In this document: positions 10,313-20,623 of the stretch, piece by piece | Layout of the letters: every line of letters begins with the position of its first letter | How positions within the stretch are numbered: position 1 is the stretch's first letter | From: an uncultured Chloroflexia bacterium | GTDB taxonomy: Bacteria; Chloroflexota; Anaerolineae; JAAYZQ01 | Assembly: GCA_963700285.1 (NCBI GenBank) | Contig: CAVOXA010000014.1 | Location: 640,001-704,000 of the forward strand | DNA length: 64,000 bases | Reading direction: 5' to 3' | The notes under the pieces: model-generated | The model's database searches: none | What the model saw: only the letters and a program-made list of their open reading frames with translations | Told to the model about the DNA's origin: nothing | Made by a program: the position numbers and the translations under genes

Positions 10313-11143
10313 TCAAGCAAAGAGTTGGCAGGCAGGCCAAGCATCATAGTCGTAGTTATCTTCCGCCCGATCCTGGGGCACATAGCCCACCGACCGGCGC
10401 GCGTGCTCGATGTCCACCCAACGATAGTCATTGTTGGACATCCCATAAAAGATCTCAAAGCGCAGGTCGGCGGGGGCGTTGATGCAGCGCTCTATGATCT
10501 GGACCGTGTCGCGCTGGCTGACATAGATGTCGGCTCCCTGAGGGGGACGCGGGCGGTCTCGTTCCACCTGGCCAATGCGGATGCAGAGACACGAAATGCC
10601 GTGACGATGGGCGTAGACGCGGGCCAGCGACTCGGTCCAAACCTTGGTCGCAGCATAGAGGCCCCTGGGTTCGGCGGGGACCTCCGGGGTGATCATGGGG
10701 ACATCTGCCGGGATGTCAGCAAAACGGCGCTCCATCATCGCCTTGTACGGCTCCTGCTCCTGGTAGCCATCCGATACGGTGATGCTGCTGGCGGCCACGA
10801 TGCGCGGCACGCTGGCCAATCTGCAGGCCTCAAAGACTTGGTAGGTGGCAATGATATTGTTGTTGAGAAGGCTCTCCCAGCTTTCACCATCGGGATCCGC
10901 GGCCAGGTGGACGACGACGTCCATACCCTTCACAGCCTCCTGGATACCCTCTGGCTCGGACAGGCTGCATAGGCGGAACTTTTCCGGAGGAATGTCCAGC
11001 TTCCAGGATCTGGGAACCCGAACAGACGGCTCCTGCCTGTGATCCAAAGCATAGGCGTCATACCTGTCCTGCTGCTCGCGGAGCCGGGCATAGGTCATGT
11101 AGCCTATCTGCCCTGTTGCGCCGGTCACCAGTACCTTCTTCAT
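10313..11143 (-). CDS. NAD(P)-dependent epimerase/dehydrogenase (uronate dehydrogenase-like)
   Basis: VLVTGATGQIG, VVHLAA, YAATK. Confidence 0.85.
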   Translation of the reverse strand: MKKVLVTGATGQIGYMTYARLREQQDRYDAYALDHRQEPSVRVPRSWKLDIPPEKFRLCSLSEPEGIQEAVKGMDVVVHLAADPDGESWESLLNNNIIATYQVFEACRLASVPRIVAASSITVSDGYQEQEPYKAMMERRFADIPADVPMITPEVPAEPRGLYAATKVWTESLARVYAHRHGISCLCIRIGQVERDRPRPPQGADIYVSQRDTVQIIERCINAPADLRFEIFYGMSNNDYRWVDIEHARRSVGYVPQDRAEDNYDYDAWPACQLFA

Positions 11144-11363
11144 CGCTTCGATATCACATCGTGCCTCCAATCCCACCGGTCGCCTTCAAAAATCCCTGGA
11201 TCCAACATGTATAGGCAGTGATAGCGTCAGCCATCGGAATTCCACCGACTTTCCGCAACGGCCTCCTTGGGCCAAGCCGCTTGTAGATAGTACCAGAACT
11301 GATGCCGGATGGCAAGTAGGCTATTGGGGGCAAGGGTGCATGCTGCACACTGGGCAGTCGGCT

Positions 11364-11687
11364 CTAGAGCGCCACGCCTCTCTCTGCCCTGACTTCATAG
11401 TGCTGCGATCGTTCGTCAAAGTGGGATAGTACTGCTCTCGCCTTCTCCGGAACAACCGCTACCTCATAGTCCTCCCCTGCAAACTCACGCACGTCATCCA
11501 GGGAGTCAAAGCGCATGATCGTGACGAATTCAACTGCTTCCCCGACGATGCGGCGAAGCAGTTGTATGTCCTTGAAACCAGGGATGCGGCGGTTCTGAAT
11601 GCCAACAAAAATCTCCTCCCTGAGCAGAGCCTCATACACGTCGGCGTTTGCCGGCGTTGTCCATCCGTGCCAGATTCGACTGATCAT
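11364..11687 (-). CDS. Antibiotic biosynthesis monooxygenase-like protein
   Basis: MISRIWHGWT..FAGEDYEVAVVP..FDERSQHYEV. Confidence 0.8.
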   Translation of the reverse strand: MISRIWHGWTTPANADVYEALLREEIFVGIQNRRIPGFKDIQLLRRIVGEAVEFVTIMRFDSLDDVREFAGEDYEVAVVPEKARAVLSHFDERSQHYEVRAERGVAL

Positions 11688-11747
11688 CACCAACTTTCTC
11701 CCTCCTGCCAAAGTTCTTTACCCATCAACAATGCCCCGGTGCCATGC

Positions 11748-11802
11748 GCGAAAGTGTATTCATCACCGCCCGAGGAAACGGGCTCGTGCCCTTTCCATGG
11801 CC
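11748..11802 (-). pseudogene. Possible micro-relic of ybgA
   Basis: Reads KGTSPFPRAVMNT, against NDTGMFPREVMNRFP in the 61 kb copy; aligns by eye at the nucleotide level. Confidence 0.4.
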
Positions 11803-12207
11803 CACACCAGGCCGGGGCCCTCGCCCCCAAGGAGATGATAGCTGCCAACACCACGGGACTATGCGGCCTGGGGCCACGGAGGCCGGTAGGCACGATGACT
11901 GTCACCAATAAAGACCTCAAGTGGACACCCTTCCGCTGGAAACGCCCTCTTCTACCTCCAAATGAGCTCAGCCAGTGCCCGTCCCAAAGCACCTTGTACA
12001 CCGCTGACTTCTCCCAGATGTAGGATTCACATGAGTCATCAGCCCATTGGCGGTTACGGTGGGCCCCATCACCACGAACGCAATTCTCTAGAACCCGAAC
12101 ACTCGTACTTTGCAAAAGGCCATTGTGCGAGTAGACTGAACAGGTGACGATAGAGTACGTGGCAGGCAAAGCAGCCATTGCTTGAATACTCCACCAACTC
12201 CACGCAG

Positions 12208-12275
12208 AATGTCTCCTGCCAGAATTCTCTGCAGGACCGGCCGGTATTGTATCATGCCTCAGTTTCCTGAGCAAC
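12208..12275 (-). promoter_or_regulatory. Orphan promoter plus RBS, homologous to 28017-28084
   Basis: TTGCTC-N17-TACAAT, then 28 nt to AGGAGACAT; internal CTCAG-N4-CTGAG dyad. Confidence 0.6.
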
Positions 12276-12526
12276 CTCAGATTTCTGGAGGTTCATGGTA
12301 GCATACCACAGCCGGCAAGAACCGCAAAACTGCCGCGTCAGGGGCCTGGGCAGAGAAGCCCCTGCTGGCCACTGCAGGGGCTGGGTCATCGGAGAACAAA
12401 AAGGCCGTTTCTCGCCCCTTGGTGGGTGGTTCGCATCACGATTACCGGAGGCGCTCGGCTGAGAAACCGTCATATCCTCGAGCTGCTTGACGGATGAGAG
12501 TATTCGGTCAGGACAGAGGCATGGAA

Positions 12527-12564
12527 AGACCTGGTAGGCCCACCAAGAGAGACCCGCCAGGTCT
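12527..12564. repeat. REP-like inverted doublet
   Basis: AGACCTGGTAGGCCC-N8-AGACCCGCCAGGTCT. Confidence 0.55.
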
Positions 12565-12597
12565 GGATTGCCTGGGCTCGAGCCAGAAGAGGATCGG

Positions 12598-13326
12598 CTA
12601 CAAGCTACTGCCCAAAACCTTATCGCCTGTCGGACCGGGGCTGCCGCCCTCGGGTTCTATGGTAATGCCAAAGGCGGGATAGCTGGACAGAGGCTCGGGG
12701 GATGAGATCCACAAAGCCCCGTATCCTTCTGGATTGACTGAGAACACCCCCCCGCTGGTCCGTTGCCCATCGCGGATCAACCAGAACTGGTATTGATGAT
12801 CTGGGTCGAGGGCTGGCAGGCCATCTACGACCAACGTGCCGTACTCCCCATCCTCGCTAATGACCAGCGTCCCCACCGCAGCCGGCGCGACATCGGTACC
12901 GACCATAGCGACGACCTGCATACCTCCGGGGGTGACCAGCGGCCCTTCCTGGTTGGTTCGCTGCCACCACCACAGATTGCTGAGCACAAGCAGCGTGACC
13001 AGGGCCAGACTGGCCAGGCCCCAGGCAGGTCCTGCCCGCTGGAACAGGCCCGCGATATGTTGCCACCATGACTGGCGAGGTGTGGTGGTTGGCTCCCAGC
13101 GTGGCGTTTCGAGTTGCCCCAGGATCTGCTGCTTCAGGCTGTGCGGCGGCGCAGCATCAGGTGCCGCCAGGGCCAATCGATCGGAAACCGTCTGATAAGA
13201 CAGCAACTCGGCACTGCACCCCGGGCATGCGTCCAGGTGCTCGACAACCTGGATAGCCTCCTCTTCGTCGAGGCTGTCGAGGGCATAGGCCGGCAACAAC
13301 TCCATCACGTGAACATGATTCAACAT
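12598..13326 (-). CDS. Anti-sigma factor, RskA type
   Basis: LLPAYALD, HLDACPGC zinc-finger (ZAS) motif, one TM, YQFWLI and ITIEPEGGSPGPTG. Confidence 0.9.
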   Translation of the reverse strand: MLNHVHVMELLPAYALDSLDEEEAIQVVEHLDACPGCSAELLSYQTVSDRLALAAPDAAPPHSLKQQILGQLETPRWEPTTTPRQSWWQHIAGLFQRAGPAWGLASLALVTLLVLSNLWWWQRTNQEGPLVTPGGMQVVAMVGTDVAPAAVGTLVISEDGEYGTLVVDGLPALDPDHQYQFWLIRDGQRTSGGVFSVNPEGYGALWISSPEPLSSYPAFGITIEPEGGSPGPTGDKVLGSSL

Positions 13327-13366
13327 CTAGAACACCTTGGGCATTTAGACCTTTCCTACTAGATGA

Positions 13367-13391
13367 TACGCGAGGAAAGGAGTTTTGGATT
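13367..13391 (-). promoter_or_regulatory. Candidate ECF promoter upstream of the anti-sigma gene
   Basis: AATCCAAAAC-N11-CGTA, same pattern as 14638-14662. Confidence 0.75.
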
Positions 13392-13393
13392 CT

Positions 13394-13978
13394 TCAGCCA
13401 GCAGCTCGGTCTGCTTGCAGCATGTCGCGCAGCTTCTGCATCCCCAGGCGAATGCGCGTCTTGACCGTTCCCAGCGGCAGACCTAGGCTTTCAGCGATCT
13501 GGCTCTGAGTGAGACCCTGGAAATAGGCCAAGGCCAGCACCCGCCTCTGCTCTTCCGACAACTGGGCGATGGCGGCGTGGATACGCTCTCTCTCCATGGC
13601 TAGGGCTGCCACCTGTTCCGGGCCGTTGACAGAGGGTTCGACGCCGGGCTCGAGTTCAGCCCAGTCCACGCTGCGCTGTTCCGGACGCGAACCGCGGCGA
13701 CGCAACTGGTCGATGGCGCGGTGGCGGGTGATGCTGGTCAACCAAGTGGATACCTTGGCTCGGTCGGCACGATACTGCCGGGCGTGCTGCCAGACGCGGA
13801 GAAAGACATCCTGGGTGATCTCTTCGGCGGTGGCGGAATTGCCAACCGAGTTGAGGGCCAGACCAAAGACCAGCCGGCCATAACGGTCGTACAACTCACT
13901 CAGGGCCTCCGCACGAGCTTGTAGGATCAGTCGGACCAGAGCTTCATCGTCGAGTGTCGAACAGTCCAATTGTGACAT
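13394..13978 (-). CDS. ECF sigma-70 factor (SigK-like)
   Basis: AEEITQDVFLRVW, LAYFQGLTQSQIAE..LPLGTVKTRIRLG. Confidence 0.93.
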   Translation of the reverse strand: MSQLDCSTLDDEALVRLILQARAEALSELYDRYGRLVFGLALNSVGNSATAEEITQDVFLRVWQHARQYRADRAKVSTWLTSITRHRAIDQLRRRGSRPEQRSVDWAELEPGVEPSVNGPEQVAALAMERERIHAAIAQLSEEQRRVLALAYFQGLTQSQIAESLGLPLGTVKTRIRLGMQKLRDMLQADRAAG

Positions 13979-14168
13979 AGCATTCCAGTCGCAAGACGTT
14001 CGGGCCACCAGCAACTTCAAGGGGCTTCATTTAGTAGTTGTGGCGAGTCCTTCCAATCGTGGCTCTCGCCCGTCGCCACGCATCCCGGCAAATCGGGTGA
14101 ATGCGCGGAGTAGTTGCCATTCGCTCTTTCGACAACGATCAGAAAACGATACACCTTCGCTACCTGCC

Positions 14169-14359
14169 CTATCCCTCTTCTGGCCTCTGCACCTGCTTGA
14201 AGATGCTATTCAGAGACCCAGGAGAAAAATGGTGACTGGGATGGCCAGTAATCGTGACGCTGCCCGGTTTCGATGGGTGCTTGTGTTGCCGGTGACTGCC
14301 TCTCGTGGCAATTACCAACCATCTTTCTCAATCAGCTTGATGACTTCACGAACCTTCAT
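14169..14359 (-). pseudogene. hicA: HicA toxin relic
   Basis: MKVREVIKLIEKDGW* then, after a frameshift, ATRGSHRQHKHPSKPGSVTITGHPSHHFSPGSLNSIFKQ. Confidence 0.8.
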
Positions 14360-14637
14360 TGCCATTCAGATGCACTCTTCGATCAATGCTCGTGAGACAA
14401 CAGCTGCGGTCACCGTTTGGGCAAGTATACCACTACCAGGGCAGAAGTGCAAAAGAAATCTCGTCCACACGCGATTGCGCAGCGCCAGATCCTTGGGCTA
14501 CGGATGGAGGTAGACTTGTTGGTGGACCCGATCGAGGGCCAAATAGCGGTTGTGGCAAATTCCTCTCACAAGACGGGATTCAAACGACCAAAGCCTCTCC
14601 CTATGGCACATTTTTCTAAAATAAATCACCTAAAACA

Positions 14638-14662
14638 AATCCAAAACCCTCTCCATTGCGTA
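14638..14662 (+). promoter_or_regulatory. Candidate ECF promoter upstream of the secreted repeat protein
   Basis: AATCCAAAAC-N11-CGTA. Confidence 0.75.
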
Positions 14663-14742
14663 ACATAGGGTGAGCCGCACCACGGGCACCAACCGGTCGC
14701 CGGTGCAATACCAAAGCTCAAACCGAAAGGAAGGAACCCGAA

Positions 14743-15690
14743 ATGCTACGCAACCAAAAGCTGATCGCTGTGAGCCTGGGGCTGTTCTTGCTCCTGGCAC
14801 TCGCTCCCCTGGCAAGCGCCCAGGGGGTCACCGTCCAGGTGGCCGACCATCCAGAACTAGGCAAGATCTTGACCGATATGCAGGGCATGACCCTCTATCT
14901 TTTCACCCGGGACGGTGAAGATGTGAGCAACTGCTCCGGCCAGTGCGCCGTCAACTGGCCACCACTGTTGGTGGAGGAAGGACAGGAGCCTGCGGCCGGA
15001 CCGGGCCTGACAGGAGAGTTGGGCACCATCGAGCGTACCGATGGTGGGCGACAGGTGACCTACAAAGGTATGCCTCTCTACTACTGGTTCCAGGATAACA
15101 ATCCTGGCGATGCGACAGGACAGGACTTGGGGGATATCTGGTACGTAGTCCATCCCGACATCTCTAGCATGACGGTCGCCAGCCCTGTGGTGACGGCGAC
15201 GGAGCACCCCAGCCTGGGCACGATTTTGACCAACCAGGGCATGACCCTCTACCTCTTTACCACCGACAACGTCGACGTCAGCAATTGCTACGACCAGTGT
15301 GCTGTCAACTGGCCGCCACTGCTGGTCGGGGACGGGGCGCCTGTGGCCGGCACGGGAGTTGACGGGGAGCTGAGCATCATCGACCGGACCGACGGTGGGC
15401 GGCAGGTGGCGTACAACGGCATACCGCTTTACTTCTGGATCCGCGACGTCCGGCCGGGCGATGCGACAGGAGAGGGTGTGGGCGACGTATGGTTTGTCCT
15501 GAACTCCGAGACGACCGCTGACGCACTGACAGGGTCCACTGCCCAGACACAGCCGGAAGCACAGGCGCCGTCCGAGACGCTGCCACAGACGGGCGGAGCC
15601 ATGCCCTCCTGGGCGATGCTGCTGGTCATTGGTGGCGCGGCGCTTCTCGCTATGGGAGTGGGCCTCACGCTGGCGCAGAAGGCGCGCTAG
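14743..15690 (+). CDS. Secreted repeat protein (COG4315/Lipoprotein_15-like) with LPxTG sorting signal
   Basis: Signal peptide, two GMTLYLFT..C..C..NWPP..QV.Y.G.PLY.W..D domains, LPQTGG + TM + basic tail. Confidence 0.88.
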   Translation: MLRNQKLIAVSLGLFLLLALAPLASAQGVTVQVADHPELGKILTDMQGMTLYLFTRDGEDVSNCSGQCAVNWPPLLVEEGQEPAAGPGLTGELGTIERTDGGRQVTYKGMPLYYWFQDNNPGDATGQDLGDIWYVVHPDISSMTVASPVVTATEHPSLGTILTNQGMTLYLFTTDNVDVSNCYDQCAVNWPPLLVGDGAPVAGTGVDGELSIIDRTDGGRQVAYNGIPLYFWIRDVRPGDATGEGVGDVWFVLNSETTADALTGSTAQTQPEAQAPSETLPQTGGAMPSWAMLLVIGGAALLAMGVGLTLAQKAR

Positions 15691-16045
15691 ACCGCTCGTC
15701 CTACAGTCCTCGGCCTAGGCCCAGGCACAAGCTCCCCGGCAGACTCCAGCTTCCGGGGAGCTTTGTGCGGCTAGACGCTGTCGTTCGGAGGGATTACTTG
15801 GGTCGTCCAGTACCTGCGCAGGTGCAGCCATTACCCACATCTCGCGCAGGCCCCCGAGGTTTCTTCGTTCGCGGGGATCAGGGGGGTGTGACCAGGGTCT
15901 CGACAGCATGAGGCCCCAGAGAAGCATCCAAGGACCTTGGGGGTCAAGTGCAACCCGATCTCCGGGCAATCACCAGCAGCCCGTCCTAGTCATGCAAACC
16001 ATAGTGGCCCCGGAATCCACGTGAGTGACGTCTGAGTCTCTCGGA

Positions 16046-16401
16046 TTGCACGTGATCGCGCGGTTGCCCATGACCTTCAAGCCCTCCATGTGCATGGCCC
16101 CATGCCCGGCCATCAATTTGTCCCAGTTCCGCTTGCCCCCGCCTGCGACGAGGCGGCCCATCTCGGCGTAACGATTGGGACAATGGGCCATCAGCGTCAA
16201 CTTGTGGGCGGCATGGAAACGCACCAAAGAACCGGTAGTCCTTGCTGGACTGCCGGTCCTATAGTCCTTCAGCATCTCGGTCCAGCGATAGTGGGCGAAG
16301 ATGCACTCGACAGAATTCTCGCGCGGGGGCATGTCGTTGAGCCGGGTCTCCTCTTCCGGCGGCAGCAGCGGGAACCGGTTTATGACCTCACGGGGGAACA
16401 T
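16046..16401 (-). pseudogene. ybgA: ybgA (DUF1722) internal fragment
   Basis: MFPREVINRFPLLP..FHAAHKLTLMAH..EGLKVMG; collinear with the 61 kb and 63-64 kb copies. Confidence 0.9.
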
Positions 16402-16404
16402 CAT

Positions 16405-16720
16405 CCTCCGGTGCGACCATCAGCAGCGTATGCGTCCTGACAAAGGGCGCGCAGAGCGTCGGCCGGAACGGCTCCGGCGTTGCCGGAAGCACCCGCGTGA
16501 CACTGTTGTTCCATCCGGTGCCTGCACGACCCCCATAGTCAATGAACTAACGGAACGCCTGGATGGGCTTGAGAAGCGACGGCGTACCGGCTTGGTCGGA
16601 GGAGACAACCCGTGGTTCGCCCTCGCTCCATCCAGAGTTCCTGTGGTCGTAGAGCAGGACCGCCAGGCCGGCACGGGAAAACGCCTTCGCATACTTGTCC
16701 ACCATCATGTACACCGTGGC
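16405..16720 (-). pseudogene. Alpha/beta hydrolase relic (internally deleted, with stop codon)
   Basis: MVDKYAKAFSRAGLAVLLYDHRNSGWSEGEPR..FR*FIDYGGR..LLMVAPEDD joined directly to the ybgA fragment. Confidence 0.65.
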
Positions 16721-16780
16721 TTGGGCACTGATTCTTTAACGCGAACAATAGGGCAAAGGGATGTGGGCGGCCAATACTCC

Positions 16781-17167
16781 CTATTTCTTCTTCTGTTTTG
16801 CCTCTGCCCGATCCAGGTTTTCCCTTACCCGAAACTCCACGATTCTGCTTATCAGGTCGAAAGGAATGGGATCACCGAATGAAAACCTCACCGTGCCCTT
16901 TGATCCGGAGTACGCGGACAGCTCATCCTTGAACTTGGCAATTCCTGTCGGCCCAGGATAGAACCCGATATGTTTTTTGAAAGCGGCAAAATGAACCAGA
17001 TTCCCCTTCAGAGCAAAAGTCGGCATCTGATAGCTGATTCTCTCTTCAGCGTCTGGTGCGGCTTTTCCAATGGTCATCCGTATCTTTTCCAGAATCTCTT
17101 GAACATCCTGTGGAAAGCCTGCGATGTATTCATCTATATTCTTGGGTGCTGGGTGCTCAGTTCTCAT
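16781..17167 (-). CDS. DUF1801/YdhG-like protein
   Basis: IDEYIAGF, EERISYQMPTF, FAAFKKHIGFYP, KGTVRF. Confidence 0.88.
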   Translation of the reverse strand: MRTEHPAPKNIDEYIAGFPQDVQEILEKIRMTIGKAAPDAEERISYQMPTFALKGNLVHFAAFKKHIGFYPGPTGIAKFKDELSAYSGSKGTVRFSFGDPIPFDLISRIVEFRVRENLDRAEAKQKKK

Positions 17168-17184
17168 AGCGCCCCCTTTAAGAA

Positions 17185-18414
17185 CTACTTCGCTAACACC
17201 TTCCCCAGTGCGGGGAAAGCCGCCATCATACTGTAGAATTCATTTCCGGCCGGTGTGGGAGTGGGATACGAACTGAACTTGGCGATCACGAGTTGCGCGG
17301 CTGGATCGATGTAAAGCATCTGTCCGCCGTAGCCCAATCCTTGGTAGGCACCGTGTTCGTTGTGTGTCATCCACCATTGGTGGTGATAGGAATAACCCTG
17401 ATTCATGGGGCTTGCCGCCGGCCCGCGCGCAAAAGCGTCCTGGTCGCCCCCCTTTTCGATATCTTTGACTACTGCGGCAGGGACAATTTGCTGCCCATTG
17501 AACTGCCCTTTTTGCAACAGCATCTGCCCAAAACGAGCCATATCCCGCAAGGTAGTGAGCAAACCGGACCCCGATGTCTCGGCGGCCGCCGAATCGACAA
17601 TCCAAAAAGCGTCCCGCTCGGCTCCCAACTTGGACCAGACGCGCTCGTGCATGATCTCGGCCAGCGATTGATTTAGCAGGCGCTTCATGATCCAGGCGAG
17701 TACGTCGGTATTCGGTGTGAGGTAGGCGAAACGCCAGCCGTGTTCGCCCACCTTTTTCATGGTCGGCAGAAATTCGTACACGGATGCCGGGCCAGCATAG
17801 CCTGCGGGCTTTTCTCTCCAACCCAACGCCATCGCATAGGTCAAATTCTCTGACACTGGATCAACCTGGTCGTCACAGAACCATACTGCAGTGGTCATGT
17901 CCATCACCTGGCGGATGGTGGCATCGGCAAAGCCGCTATCCTTTAGCTCTGGCAGATAGGTAGCGACCACGGCCTCGGGATCCAACATGCCTTCGTGTGC
18001 CAACAGCGCGGCAAGCGTGCCGGTCATCGACTTGCTGGATGAGGCCCAGGCGTGGAGGGTATGCGCCTGCATCCCATTCAAGTAATTTTCATAGATAATC
18101 TTTCCCTCGTGCAGAACCACGATGCCGTCGGTGTAACTAAGCTCGACCATATCCCCAAAAGTGAATTGCGTGCCCGCTCGGTTGTGGTAGGTGACCTGAT
18201 CCATGTCAAACGGGGCATAGTCCAGTTGGGCAACCGGCCCATTGCCGCGCCATACATCCACTGTGCGGTTCAGCTTTAACTCGTTCTGGAAACTCCAGCG
18301 ATTATAGGGGCCATAGAGCTGATTTTCGTGAGTGACAAGCTGCTCAGGCAATGGCGGAAATCCGCTCATCAACCCCAATTCGAATGCACTCTGCGGTTTT
18401 TGTTGGTCAAGCAC
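17185..18414 (-). CDS. Serine hydrolase, beta-lactamase class C/NylB-like
   Basis: SSSKS (SxxK), FAYLTPNTD, GYGGQ; start GTG 18414 after GGAGG. Confidence 0.88.
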   Translation of the reverse strand: MLDQQKPQSAFELGLMSGFPPLPEQLVTHENQLYGPYNRWSFQNELKLNRTVDVWRGNGPVAQLDYAPFDMDQVTYHNRAGTQFTFGDMVELSYTDGIVVLHEGKIIYENYLNGMQAHTLHAWASSSKSMTGTLAALLAHEGMLDPEAVVATYLPELKDSGFADATIRQVMDMTTAVWFCDDQVDPVSENLTYAMALGWREKPAGYAGPASVYEFLPTMKKVGEHGWRFAYLTPNTDVLAWIMKRLLNQSLAEIMHERVWSKLGAERDAFWIVDSAAAETSGSGLLTTLRDMARFGQMLLQKGQFNGQQIVPAAVVKDIEKGGDQDAFARGPAASPMNQGYSYHHQWWMTHNEHGAYQGLGYGGQMLYIDPAAQLVIAKFSSYPTPTPAGNEFYSMMAAFPALGKVLAK

Positions 18415-18448
18415 GATATCCTCCGGGACGATGCATCCCTCTACCAGA

Positions 18449-20317
18449 TCAATACGACAATCCAAAACCAAATGGATAAAGCGGTTGCTCTGAATCGTAT
18501 GGGACGTCCGGTTTTTGGTTTCGAACAGCATCCATCGAGGATGGGAGTTCAAATGGCAATTTGCCTCGCGGATTGGCTTTGCCAAAGATCACATCCAATA
18601 CTGCTTCGTCACTGGCACCGAATTCGCCCAACAGCCCCTTGGCAGCGGCGTTGATTTCGGGAATTACCGCAGGCCGGTCCAGGTACAGTACCACGATGGT
18701 AGGGACTGCTCGCAGCAAGGCCAATATTTCGGCCTTGGCCTCCCCTTTGAAATCCAGGTCGCCGTGATGAAACCCACGCGCAAATGGATTTTTCGTCTCC
18801 ACCGGGTACCATGGGGTGTTCAAGCGTAGAATAGCGAGGTTGGCATCTGCGGGTGTTGTCACTACCTGCCCATACTGTGCCGCTACTGCGGCATCGATGT
18901 TTTCGACGTATATTTTCGGCTGGGCCTGCAATGGCAGAATGCTGTTCTCGTTTTTGAGCAGGGTCACTGCCTGTCTTTGCGAGGCGGCCCCTGCTTTCAC
19001 GAAATCAGGACGTCCCAGCACTTGTGGAACCTTGTCCGTGTCTACGAAGGGATTGTCAAAAAGCCCCAACTGGAATTTCTGGCGTAGCAGCCGCCGTATT
19101 GATTGGTCAATACGCTCGTTGGATATCTGTCCGTTTCGCATCAATTCCAGTACCAACTCGGGGCGACTTTCTCCGCCAAATTGATCCACGCCCGCATCAA
19201 GCACCTTTTGCACCCGCGCCACCTCGCTAAGGTGTTCCACGCCCCAAGCTCGCGCCGGCCAGATAGAGCCGGCCACGTCCGAATCTGTGATCAGCCCCCA
19301 GTCTGTACAAACCACGCCATCGTAGCGATATTTCTCGCGCAGCAGGCCTGTGATTATCGCTTTGTTGAACGACATCGCGACGTTTTCATCCGTTTGGTCT
19401 ATCGGGATGCCATAGTAGGGCATGATGGCGGCGGTCTGCGCGGCGAATGCAGCTTCAAAGGGAATTAGGTGATAGTACAAGTTGTTGCCGGGGTAGATCT
19501 GGCCTTTCTGAAACTCAAAGTGCGGATCCAACCCTTCATTCTGTGGGCCGCCACCGGGAAAGTGCTTGGTCATGCAGGCAACACTGTCCGGGCCAAGGCG
19601 TTCACCTTGGAAACCGCGGATATAGGCCTTGGTTAAAAGCGCTGCCAACTGGGCATCCTCCCCAAACGTCCCGTTGATGCGCGGCCAGCGCGGTTCGGTC
19701 GCGAGGTCAACCTGCGGGTGGAGTGCCACCCGAATCCCCACTGCCAGATATTCTTGCCGGACAATCTCGGCAAATTGTCTGACGAGATCAGGATCACCGA
19801 TAGCACCAAAGCCTAACGTTTCGCACCACTGTGAAAAATCGTTGGCGGCCATAGCAAAAATGTTCGGGCTGAAGTGGTTGCGTGGATCGGATGCGATCGT
19901 GACAGGAATGCCCAGCCGGGTCTGTTCAGCAAACCGTTGCAGATTGTTGTACCAAATGGCGACCACCTGCGGAGCCGGGATCGCCCATAGATTAAAGTGA
20001 TTCATTTTCTGGTCTGTCATTTGGGTGCTGGCTACTCCACCAGGCCCCGGCGGGCCCGGATCGTCTTCGATGGAACCATCGGTGTTGATGACCGACCCGT
20101 TGAAGAACAACATACCCGCTTTTTCTGCCGGCGTCATCTGACGCAACAGGTCTTCCACGCGTGCTTCGATGGGTTGCCGCGTATCCTCGAAAATGTCCAA
20201 TTTGCCGTTCTTGTTCAGGTCGCGGTATCCGAAGCCGTCGTCCGTTCTGACCAAATCAGATTGCTGCAGCACCAGCTTGTCAAGACTGTCTGTCGTTTCA
20301 GGTTGGATGGGTCCCAT
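18449..20317 (-). CDS. Glycoside hydrolase family 3 (beta-glucosidase)
   Basis: TRLGIP..SDPR, PRWPRINGTFGED, KHFPG, VCTDW, GKLPFELP, YPFGFGLSY. Confidence 0.93.
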   Translation of the reverse strand: MGPIQPETTDSLDKLVLQQSDLVRTDDGFGYRDLNKNGKLDIFEDTRQPIEARVEDLLRQMTPAEKAGMLFFNGSVINTDGSIEDDPGPPGPGGVASTQMTDQKMNHFNLWAIPAPQVVAIWYNNLQRFAEQTRLGIPVTIASDPRNHFSPNIFAMAANDFSQWCETLGFGAIGDPDLVRQFAEIVRQEYLAVGIRVALHPQVDLATEPRWPRINGTFGEDAQLAALLTKAYIRGFQGERLGPDSVACMTKHFPGGGPQNEGLDPHFEFQKGQIYPGNNLYYHLIPFEAAFAAQTAAIMPYYGIPIDQTDENVAMSFNKAIITGLLREKYRYDGVVCTDWGLITDSDVAGSIWPARAWGVEHLSEVARVQKVLDAGVDQFGGESRPELVLELMRNGQISNERIDQSIRRLLRQKFQLGLFDNPFVDTDKVPQVLGRPDFVKAGAASQRQAVTLLKNENSILPLQAQPKIYVENIDAAVAAQYGQVVTTPADANLAILRLNTPWYPVETKNPFARGFHHGDLDFKGEAKAEILALLRAVPTIVVLYLDRPAVIPEINAAAKGLLGEFGASDEAVLDVIFGKANPRGKLPFELPSSMDAVRNQKPDVPYDSEQPLYPFGFGLSY

Positions 20318-20383
20318 TGTGTATTCCCCTATGAAGGAGTCATGTTTGAGAAGGAAGTAGGAGCAGATGGTTTCTGCATTGGC

Positions 20384-20412
20384 ATTCTATCACCACCTCG
20401 CCCTTTGAGCAA
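20384..20412 (-). promoter_or_regulatory. Promoter of the GH3 block, related to the 12.2 kb and 28.05 kb elements
   Basis: TTGCTC-N18-TAGAAT with extended -10 TG. Confidence 0.5.
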
Positions 20413-20538
20413 ACTGTCAAGGCCACGTCAAAACTCGCCCGTACGAACGAAGGGGGGCACAATCCGGCACTCTTCCATCTTTGTAGCCCGTCAACCGACC
20501 CACACGTTCGATGCCCCTTTGGAAGGCGTGCATACCGC

Positions 20539-20604
20539 CTACACATGATTCCGCAGCATGAACTCAATGGGGTAGGGAGGCAGGTGCACTTGCTGGTGTA
20601 CCCA
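20539..20604 (-). pseudogene. ybgA: ybgA 3'-terminal relic (21 codons plus stop)
   Basis: WVHQQVHLPPYPIEFMLRNHV* against WVHQQVYLNPYPKELMLRNHV*. Confidence 0.88.
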
Positions 20605-20623
20605 CGCAGAGAAAACTGTCTCT

